From NCBI GenBank assembly GCA_051439605.1, contig JBFRWN010000055.1:1-17613 (forward strand): a stretch of DNA of 17,613 bases, read 5' to 3'. Position numbers and translations under genes: made by a program. This document shows positions 7,801 to 14,487 of this stretch, one piece after another (within the stretch, counting starts at the first letter, position 1; each line of letters opens with the position of its first letter). The stretch comes from Synechococcus sp. Lineage in GTDB: Bacteria; Cyanobacteriota; Cyanobacteriia; Thermostichales; PCC-7336. Below the pieces are notes generated by a model. The model had not been told where the DNA came from, did no database searches, and was given only the letters and a program-made list of their open reading frames with translations.

Positions 7801-8491
7801 TGGTCGCTGGTTAGCCAGTGGCAGTGAGGATGGTACTGTTCGCGTTTGGTCACTCAAGACTGGCACCTGCAGCCATATCTTAGAGGAGCACAGTAGTTGG
7901 GTTTGCGGAGTCTCATTCAGCCCCGATGGCGGAACATTTGCCAGTGCCAGTTATGACAACTCGGTAAAGTTGTGGGATGTTGCCTCTGGCAACTGCCTAC
8001 AAACGCTGAGGGGACACGACAACTGGGTGTGGACAACCGCGTTTAGTCCTGACGGTCGTACGCTTGCTACAGGTGGCGGGGACTCCACCGTTAAACTTTG
8101 GGACCTAGCGACCCAAACCTGCCACCTTACTTTAAAGGGACATACCAGTCGGGTGTGGTCGATTGAATTTAGTCCCGATGGGAATTTGCTGGCCAGCAGT
8201 AGCAGCGATCGCACTGTGCGAGTTTGGGACGTTGGCTCGGGGCGCTGCCTCCGTGTCCTGCAAGGGCACTCAGATATTGCTTGGTCAGTGAGGTTTAGTC
8301 CCCAGGGTCAATCCATCGCCAGTGGTAGCCAAGATGAGACCGTTCGGCTTTGGGATACAACGTCTGGTGAATGCTTGCGGGTCCTGAAATCTGCTCGACC
8401 TTACGAAGGCATGAATATCACAGGCGTGCGCGGAATTACGGACGCTTGCAAACAGACATTGTTTGCGTTGGGAGCCATTTCAATTCAGTGA
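4820..8491 (+). CDS. STAND NTPase: N-terminal HTH-like domain, NB-ARC, pentapeptide segment and 14 WD40 repeats
   Basis: 1223 aa. It has Walker A GMGGIGKTT, Walker B LLVLDNVE, sensor LTSRE, GGNPLAL and a pentapeptide-like WQANLRGSDLQRVNFTHADLS. I counted 14 GH...WD-type repeats by eye, and the C-terminus is RPYEGMNITG. Confidence 0.92.
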   Translation: MADSVQASEAGLKLIDSARRQRRWNKTAEVWCRKAFTSRATLNRFWARQPIRREAFIAICSVVGVDWESVAEEGVSSTKRLSNAATPDKEDSPQAIASQVTANTSGAKQPASVGEDWGDAPDVAGFCGRSQELDLLARWIVKENCRSVALLGMGGIGKTTLVAKLAREIRPQFDNLVWRSLRNSPSADEILVDLIQVLSGQQVGEVAAGLDGKIRQLMQYLRQSRCLLVLDNVESILQGGNRGGHYQSGYDAYGQLFRCVWETEHRSCLMLTSREPPHGLIQRAGDACPVRSLNLLGVSTSDSQQICHTKGRFSGSETDWQRLTEHFGGNPLALQLVAATIRDFFAGSLSQFLQLEQQEIALFDDIQALLHQQFQRLPLLEQAVMFWLAIEREPTTLVELMVDCMCHESTSELMQSLLSLQRRSLVEANEGRFTQQPVVMEYVTRCLVERICDEILSQEVKLFRSHALVKAQAKDYIRDSQLTVILKPIATRLLERLGSPQAIKAHLGPILEDLQAEASESTLPELPGQSASSDRLASKTGYACGNIITLLQYLQVDLTGYDFSHLTVWQANLRGSDLQRVNFTHADLSKSLFTETLGLTFAIGFSPNGRILATAGAKGVIHLWQGMGAEAGSTGLGRKLGSLVGHTGWIWSIAFSPDGRMLASGSEDGTARLWGVKTQACQAHLDAEGSQVWSVAFSPDSQYLACGCEDGIVRLWDIAKQTCLELSGHRSWIRSVAFSPNGQFLASAGDEEAIYLWEHPWGDYVRKFEGHLSDRIWSIAFSPNSRHLVSSSSDRTVKIWDVDTGECLRTLEGHRNWIRAVAVSPCGAIVASGSEDHTIKLWNAETGQCLNTLRGHSNWVRAIAFSPDGLLLASGSGDHTAKLWQVASGFCQKTLQGYTSRVWSVAFSRDGRTLASGHDDCAVRLWSVKEGICQQTLRELNGSWISSVAFSPDGAWLASASTAAIRVWEVGSGRCLQVLQGHTSRIWSVAFCPHGRWLASGSEDGTVRVWSLKTGTCSHILEEHSSWVCGVSFSPDGGTFASASYDNSVKLWDVASGNCLQTLRGHDNWVWTTAFSPDGRTLATGGGDSTVKLWDLATQTCHLTLKGHTSRVWSIEFSPDGNLLASSSSDRTVRVWDVGSGRCLRVLQGHSDIAWSVRFSPQGQSIASGSQDETVRLWDTTSGECLRVLKSARPYEGMNITGVRGITDACKQTLFALGAISIQ

Positions 8492-8527
8492 CCTGAGTGA
8501 GGGGGACGCCCGAAGCAAACGCATCAC

Positions 8528-8726
8528 GGAAGCGGAAATCTTCCTTGTGCTTAAGGTAGCATTTATTACGATGACAATTTGAGGCTTCAGAAAATTGGTA
8601 TTTGTATATTATTAATAGCTAATTTTATGATCGTCGTCCTAAAGGTTATTAGGGATGGAGCTTGCCAAAACATTTTTAAAACGTGTAAACACTTATACGA
8701 GCAGCATAGTAAATATTTCCGCTTCC
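8528..8726. mobile_element. Putative 199-bp MITE with ISKra4-like terminal inverted repeats
   Basis: A perfect 12-bp inverted repeat: GGAAGCGGAAAT (8528-8539) and ATTTCCGCTTCC (8715-8726). The right end read inward (GGAAGCGGAA-ATATTTAC) matches the IS left IR (GGAAGCGGAATATATTTAC) with one gap. The interior is AT-rich with no credible gene. Confidence 0.6.
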
Positions 8727-8811
8727 ATCTTCGATCTCAATTCATATCCTGTAGTGGGCATCTCCGTAGAATACAGGGTACGATCGCTGCCAATTCTGCA
8801 GGATAAATTTT

Positions 8812-10482
8812 ATGGAGGCGATTGACCCATTCGGTACGCAGAAATCCAATGCTTTAGCCACTGTTACCCAAGGTTCCCTCACACAAGGACTTGAGGCGCG
8901 CCTCAACCCAAGTATCTCTGTGGAAGAGATGCGAGTCGGCAAGTTTGTTGTCATCCGAGGGCTGCGCAGTCGTTTTTTTGGGTTGTTGACGGATGTGGCT
9001 CTGGGCAGTAACTCTGCCCAGATTTTGATTGACCCTCCCCAACCCCACGAAGCCTTTTTGGCGGATGTTTTAGCGGGCACGGGTACATTTGGCACCATTG
9101 CCGTGGTACCGATGCTGATGCTGGTAGAACATTCATCCTCTCAAGAAGTAGAACTATTGCCAGTAAAGACGGTACCCGCCCATTTCTCTCAGGTTTTTGA
9201 AGCTGAAGATAGCGATTTTCACGCGGTATTTGGCTCGGAATCCGATCGCCAACACAAGAACTTTGCGATCGGACAACCTGTGGATATGGCCGTTCCTATT
9301 TGCATCGATCTCAACCGCTTTGTAGAACGCAGCAACGGGATTTTTGGCAAGTCGGGAACGGGAAAATCCTTTCTGACTCGCTTACTTCTATCTGGGGTGA
9401 TTCGCAAGCAGGCGGCGGTCAATTTGATTTTTGATATGCATTCCGAGTACGGATGGGAGGCCGCAGCCGAAGGGCATAGCACCAGTACCGTTAAGGGTCT
9501 GAAGCAACTCTTTCCAGGGCAAGTACAAATTTATACTCTGGATGCGGAGTCGACGAAGCGGCGTGGGGTACGCGATGCGTTAGACCTGTTCATCAGCTAC
9601 AGCCAAATTGAAGTGGAAGATTTAGCTCTGCTGCGGGAGGAGATTAATATTTCGGAGGCCAGCCTAGAAAACGCCGTTATCTTGCGCAATGAATTTGGTC
9701 GTGATTGGATAACCCGTCTCATGACTATGTCCAATAGCGATATTCAAGAGTTTTGCGAACAGCGCATGGGTCACAAAGCCTCCATGATGGCGTTGCAACG
9801 GAAGCTGACTCGTCTGGAAGACTTACCTTACTTACGCTCGGCGGTCCCCCACAATTACATCAATCAAATTTTGGAATCGTTGGAAGCCGGCAAGCACGTG
9901 GTGATTGAGTTTGGTGCTCAGGCCAATATGCTGTCCTACATGCTCGCCAGCAACATCATTACTCGTCGAATCCACCAGGCTTACGTTCTCAAAGCAGAGC
10001 GATATTTGCACAGTAAAAACCCAGCCGATCGCCCTCGGCAGTTGATGATTGTCATAGAAGAAGCCCACCGATTTTTGGCTCCCCAAACGGTTAAGCAGAC
10101 GATTTACGGCACGATCGCCCGCGAAATGCGCAAGTATTTTGTGACGCTATTGGTGATCGATCAACGCCCCTCTGGTATCGATAGCGAGGTCATGTCCCAA
10201 ATTGGCACTCGTATTACTGCCCTGTTGAATGACGACAAAGATATCGATGCGGTGTTTACGGGGGTCTTCGGAAGCCAAAACTTGCGCACTATTTTGGCAA
10301 AATTAGATTCCAAGCAGCAGGTATTGGTTTTGGGTCATGCGGTGCCGATGCCAGTCGTCGTGAGGACGCGTCCCTACGATGAACGGTTTTATGCAGAAAT
10401 GGGTGACATTGACTGGAGCGAAGCCTCCGATCGGGACGTCAAGGAAGCGGCTGAACTGGCGCGTTCTGAATTAGGGCTATGA
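8812..10482 (+). CDS. HerA/FtsK-superfamily ATPase (HAS barrel plus DUF87-type domain), conserved cyanobacterial type
   Basis: 556 aa. It has an N-terminal beta-rich HAS-like region, Walker A GKSGTGKS, IFDMHSEYG, Walker B IVIEEAH, the arginine-finger region REMRK and DQRP. Confidence 0.88.
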   Translation: MEAIDPFGTQKSNALATVTQGSLTQGLEARLNPSISVEEMRVGKFVVIRGLRSRFFGLLTDVALGSNSAQILIDPPQPHEAFLADVLAGTGTFGTIAVVPMLMLVEHSSSQEVELLPVKTVPAHFSQVFEAEDSDFHAVFGSESDRQHKNFAIGQPVDMAVPICIDLNRFVERSNGIFGKSGTGKSFLTRLLLSGVIRKQAAVNLIFDMHSEYGWEAAAEGHSTSTVKGLKQLFPGQVQIYTLDAESTKRRGVRDALDLFISYSQIEVEDLALLREEINISEASLENAVILRNEFGRDWITRLMTMSNSDIQEFCEQRMGHKASMMALQRKLTRLEDLPYLRSAVPHNYINQILESLEAGKHVVIEFGAQANMLSYMLASNIITRRIHQAYVLKAERYLHSKNPADRPRQLMIVIEEAHRFLAPQTVKQTIYGTIAREMRKYFVTLLVIDQRPSGIDSEVMSQIGTRITALLNDDKDIDAVFTGVFGSQNLRTILAKLDSKQQVLVLGHAVPMPVVVRTRPYDERFYAEMGDIDWSEASDRDVKEAAELARSELGL

Positions 10483-10642
10483 GAATTTTGAGCTCTGAAG
10501 ATTTTAGGGCTTTGAAGCATGAAGTTGATGCTGTCTGTTTGGAAAGCTAGCCCAACAGCGGTGAATGTTGAATTCAGCTTTGGGTAAATGTGACGGGGCC
10601 TACTATCTTACGTACTCTGGCAGCAAGATTCTGAACGACCGT

Positions 10643-11095
10643 ATGTCCGAGTTACTGCAAATTCTGGTGCTCCACGGCCCGAACCTCAATCTCCTAGGTA
10701 CGCGGGAGGTGGGAACCTACGGCAATACTACCCTTACAGAAATCAACAACCAGTTGAGGGGGTTGGCCACAACGCTATCCGCCGAGTTAACGATTGACCA
10801 ATCGAACCACGAAGGCCGGTTGGTCGATCTGATTCACGATGCCAGAGGCCAACAAGCTGGATTGTTAATCAATCCAGGGGCTTACACCCATACGAGCATT
10901 GCCATTCGAGATGCCGTGGCCGGGACAAGCCTTCCCACCGTCGAAGTTCACCTCAGCAACATTCATCAGCGGGAAACCTTCCGCCATCATTCCTTCCTTG
11001 CCCCAGTGGCGGTAGGACAAATCGCGGGCTTTGGTCCCTTTAGCTATCACTTGGGTCTAAGGGCCTTAGTTCATTACCTTCAATCGCAACCGTAA
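10643..11095 (+). CDS. aroQ: Type II 3-dehydroquinate dehydratase
   Basis: Signature motifs [38 protein letters not shown] and [20 protein letters not shown] 10643 fits the family length better than the ORF-track start at 10565. Confidence 0.96.
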   Translation: MSELLQILVLHGPNLNLLGTREVGTYGNTTLTEINNQLRGLATTLSAELTIDQSNHEGRLVDLIHDARGQQAGLLINPGAYTHTSIAIRDAVAGTSLPTVEVHLSNIHQRETFRHHSFLAPVAVGQIAGFGPFSYHLGLRALVHYLQSQP

Positions 11096-11154
11096 ACAAT
11101 GGGATGGAGAGAAAGTACGAGAATCGTTTAGATTCCAAAGCGACTTGACTCCAT

Positions 11155-11775
11155 TCAGCCTAACGATCGATTGGGACCGATATAGCGCGTCAGCAGGTTG
11201 GAGAAAATCTCAACGATGAGCGTCAGGGGTTGTTGGTGATGCCAAAGGACGTAATGGCGTCCCCAAAACGGCCCTTTTACCCCAAATTCACGTTCTAATT
11301 CAGCGGACTGCCCCAAATACAAACCGTGCATTTCTCGGAACAGCTCCGTGCGGTGGAGGCTGAGATTATGCCCAATAGGCCGATCGGGATTACGCAGATG
11401 CGTTCCCATTGATTCAGAGTTCCACCAAGAAGCCCCGTACATGAGCGGATGGCCAGAGGCCCCATGCAACATCACTTGACGGCGCAGGTTAGGTCTGTCC
11501 AGCAACGCAACCGCCGCAGGGGCATTCTCATCAACGGAGGCAATCATCGAAGTAGCAATGCAGCTAGCCGTAATTTCTTCCCCTGTCAGCAGACCCAGGT
11601 TGCGGGTAGTATAGCCGTCATTCAGCAGCAGCAGGCGCCAGGCTGGGGGAATAGGGGGGACAAATTTTTTCTGCTGCAGGTCAAGCGTGTTGGCCTCCCA
11701 AATACAATCCAGCTGCCACCAAGCAGAGGGTGCAACCGAGCGAAGCGTACCTGATGGATGGGATGTGGCTGTCAA
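11155..11775 (-). CDS. ubiC: Chorismate lyase (4-hydroxybenzoate synthase), cyanobacterial Ycf21/DUF98 type
   Basis: 206 aa with a TTG start. Motifs PAWRLLLLNDGYTTRNL, RRQVML, YGASWW, PIG and GPFWGRHY...PLTLIVEIFS are typical of the Ycf21/UbiC-like family. Confidence 0.85.
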   Translation of the reverse strand: MTATSHPSGTLRSVAPSAWWQLDCIWEANTLDLQQKKFVPPIPPAWRLLLLNDGYTTRNLGLLTGEEITASCIATSMIASVDENAPAAVALLDRPNLRRQVMLHGASGHPLMYGASWWNSESMGTHLRNPDRPIGHNLSLHRTELFREMHGLYLGQSAELEREFGVKGPFWGRHYVLWHHQQPLTLIVEIFSNLLTRYIGPNRSLG

Positions 11776-12050
11776 ACTCGCCCTACCGTCGCATTAATGT
11801 TCTGTTACATTTACTTTAGTCTATCCACCGAAAGGCGAAAAGTATTTGTAGAGTGCCCCACTCCGTTGAAGTTATGTAAGGGCAGACATATGGGCGATCG
11901 CCTGTGGCCCCATCAATGAGAAGTCTAAAATGGGAATATTTGGGTTGGCGATCGCTCGAAGCAGCTTGTCGTTTACGATTTGTAACTATACGTTGCCCAG
12001 TTCTGCATAGATAGATGGGGCACTTGCCGATAGCTCTGCAGGAAAAAACC

Positions 12051-12278
12051 ATGCCACACACAATTGTTACGGATGTATGTGAAGGGGTCGCAGATTGCGT
12101 GGAAGCTTGTCCAGTCGCCTGCATTCACCCCGGCGACACCAAAAACGCCAAGGGTACCGACTATTTCTGGATTGATTTTGACACCTGCATTGACTGCGGC
12201 ATTTGCCTGCAGGTATGCCCAGTAAAAGGGGCAATTCTGCCCCAAGAGCAGCCCGATCTGCAGCGCCTGCCAGCTTAA
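12051..12278 (+). CDS. Bacterial-type dicluster ferredoxin, probably [3Fe-4S][4Fe-4S]
   Basis: MPHTIVTDVCEGVADCVEACPVACI...CIDCGICLQVCP. The first motif lacks the second Cys; the second is a canonical CxxCxxCxxxCP. AGGA precedes ATG 12051. Confidence 0.92.
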   Translation: MPHTIVTDVCEGVADCVEACPVACIHPGDTKNAKGTDYFWIDFDTCIDCGICLQVCPVKGAILPQEQPDLQRLPA

Positions 12279-12349
12279 AAGAGTAGGGTTGAGCTGCAGA
12301 GTAGTCTTTAGGACTGCTGCGCTCGAATCCTGTTCGGTGATAACGATCG

Positions 12350-13645
12350 ATGGTGCTCAGATTTTGTAAGTCGAGAACCTATCACGATCCCCTTCATGGG
12401 GCAATTCAGCTGGATGGGCGCGATCCCGCAGAAGCGCTACTTATCCGACTGATCGATACTCCGGCATTTCAACGCCTGAGGCGGATTCGTCAGCTAGATA
12501 CCGCATCTTTCACGTTTCATGGGGCTGAGGGCTCCCGCTTTACCCATTCCGTTGGGGCGCTTTATGTGGCGCGGTGGGTGTTTGATGCAATTTCCCACGC
12601 TCATCCAGAACTGCGCCCCTACCGCACCTTGGTGCTGGTTGCGGCCCTACTGCACGATATTGGCCACAGTCCATTTAGCCATGCCGGGGAAGAGATTTTT
12701 GGCAGCCATCACGAGCTCTGGACGAGCAGGATCGTCACAGAGGACCCGGACATCTCGCATTTATTCGCAGCCTACAATCCCGAACTGCCCCGCCAACTTT
12801 TGCAGGTTTACCGCCATGAATTTCCAATTCCGGCCATAGGACAGCTGATTTCCAGCCAACTGGATTGCGATCGTCTGGATTATTTGCTCCGAGATAGCCA
12901 TTACACGGGGGCCCAATACGGTCGGCTCGACCTAGACCGCATCGTCACGGTGCTGGATTACGACCCAGAGATGCAGCGGTTAATGATCCCCGAGCGCAAA
13001 GGATTGGGGGCGATCGAGCATTACCTAGTGGTGCGGTACTTCATGTACACGCAGGTGTATCACCACCCCAAGAGCATTGCCGCCAGATTTGTATTGGAGA
13101 AGTTATTCGAGCGAGCTCGTCAGCTCTGGCAAGCTGAGGAATTAACTTGCGATCGCATTCTGTCCGCTTGGTTGCAAGGGCCAGTTGACGAGCTGCCCTT
13201 AAAAACCTACTTGGATGCGGACGACATCATGTTTCAGTACCCCATCCGATTTTGGGCAGAACATTCCGACCCAATCCTGTCTGACCTCGCTCGGAGGTTC
13301 TTAGATCGCGATTTGTTCAAGGCCAGAAATTTGGCCGATCTTGATGTACGCCAGCTACAACAGCTTCAAGAGACGATCGAGCACGAATTGAACCGTCTCG
13401 GTTTAGCGTGTGACAGCTACCTCGGCTTGCATTCCGCTCATGCTCGAGGGTACAGCCTTTACCACGAGGGCATCCACCTAAAAGGGGACGGTGGATATCG
13501 AGAAATTGCCGAGCTATCTCCTTTGGTTAACTCTCTGACCCAAACGGCCCCCACTACTCGAATTATTTTTCCTCGCGAGGTGGAAGAAACTGTGGAGTTC
13601 TTTTTGCAGCAGTCGGCCAAACAATCGGCTCCTTTAAGAGTTTGA
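12350..13645 (+). CDS. HD-domain phosphohydrolase (dNTP triphosphohydrolase/SAMHD1-like family)
   Basis: 431 aa. Motifs DPLHG, FQRLRRIRQL, SRFTHSVG, LLHDIGHSPFSH, LDCDRLDYLLRD and RYFMYTQVYHHP. Confidence 0.88.
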   Translation: MVLRFCKSRTYHDPLHGAIQLDGRDPAEALLIRLIDTPAFQRLRRIRQLDTASFTFHGAEGSRFTHSVGALYVARWVFDAISHAHPELRPYRTLVLVAALLHDIGHSPFSHAGEEIFGSHHELWTSRIVTEDPDISHLFAAYNPELPRQLLQVYRHEFPIPAIGQLISSQLDCDRLDYLLRDSHYTGAQYGRLDLDRIVTVLDYDPEMQRLMIPERKGLGAIEHYLVVRYFMYTQVYHHPKSIAARFVLEKLFERARQLWQAEELTCDRILSAWLQGPVDELPLKTYLDADDIMFQYPIRFWAEHSDPILSDLARRFLDRDLFKARNLADLDVRQLQQLQETIEHELNRLGLACDSYLGLHSAHARGYSLYHEGIHLKGDGGYREIAELSPLVNSLTQTAPTTRIIFPREVEETVEFFLQQSAKQSAPLRV

Positions 13646-13830
13646 GGGATGGGACCCAGATTTCTGTCTGGAAATAGTATTGAGGCCGAGCGATGAATAT
13701 GCTGAAGCTTATGCCCAGCAAGGGTTTTGGCTGACGACATATCCTCGACAACTTGACGGTCGCTATAGAAGCAAAGTCAGTTTAGACTGAGAGAGCTTGA
13801 CCCCCCCTTTTATTGTCTGTTGATTTTCCG

Positions 13831-14394
13831 ATGACCGAAGCTACCACCGCTCCCCCACAGTATTTGCGCTACGAAGTTACGGGCTCACGCCGCCTCGGCA
13901 CGCTGTTGGTGGCGATTGCATGCACCATTGGTGGGGTTGGTTTCTCTTTAGCCGGTTTATCCAGCTACACAGGTGTCAACTTGATTCCCTTCTCTAACGA
14001 CCTCAACTTGGTGTTTATTCCACAGGGGTTGGCCATGTCTTTTTACGGAGTGGCGGGTTCCCTCACTGCGCTGTATCAGTGGCTCACCTGGTCCTGGGAT
14101 GTTGGGGGTGGTTACAACGAGTTCAGCCGAAAGACCGGCAAATTCACCGTGCAGCGCAACGGTTTCCCCGGCAAGAACCGCAACATTAAATTTTCCTACA
14201 AGCTGGACGACATCCAGCGCGTACGGGTCGATATCAAAGAGGGATTGAATCCCAAGCGGGCTATCTACGTCACTGTGCGTAAAAAAGGGGACATCCCTTT
14301 AACCCGAGTGGGGCAGCCGATGGCATTGTCTGCCATTGAAGATAGCGCGGCGGAAATTGCCAGTTTTTTGGGGGTTCCTTTGGAAGGAATTTAG
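13831..14394 (+). CDS. ycf4: Photosystem I assembly protein Ycf4
   Basis: Motifs VTGSRR, two hydrophobic helices, FIPQGLAMSFYG, DVGGGYNEF, GFPGKNR, IPLTRVGQP and AAEIASFLGVPLEG. ATG 13831 is preferred over TTG 13813. Confidence 0.96.
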   Translation: MTEATTAPPQYLRYEVTGSRRLGTLLVAIACTIGGVGFSLAGLSSYTGVNLIPFSNDLNLVFIPQGLAMSFYGVAGSLTALYQWLTWSWDVGGGYNEFSRKTGKFTVQRNGFPGKNRNIKFSYKLDDIQRVRVDIKEGLNPKRAIYVTVRKKGDIPLTRVGQPMALSAIEDSAAEIASFLGVPLEGI

Positions 14395-14487
14395 ACTCGT
14401 CTAGCCATCGAAAACGTTAGCTCAAACTCAGCCTTCTTGGAGATAAAGCGCGAATAACCTGAAATCTCAAATCTCAATAACAGGAAA

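Noticed and set aside
8579..8806. 75-aa ORF in the STAND-herA gap
   Set aside because: It has a TTG start, is AT-rich, shows no recognisable motif and straddles the MITE-like boundary, so it is probably spurious.
10464..10517. Degenerate duplication of the herA 3' end (TCTGAA...TTAGGGCT twice)
   Set aside because: Too short and imperfect to support an att site or repeat element.
11971..11990. GTTTACGATTTGTAAC as a possible NtcA or RpaB (HLR1) site in the ubiC-ferredoxin divergent region
   Set aside because: It does not fit GTA-N8-TAC, and only one good HLR1 half-site is present.
4820..13645. Defence island made of STAND, HerA and HD dNTPase
   Set aside because: HerA and the HD protein look like conserved cyanobacterial types and are interleaved with aroQ, ubiC, ferredoxin and ycf4. 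No dedicated effector gene is present.
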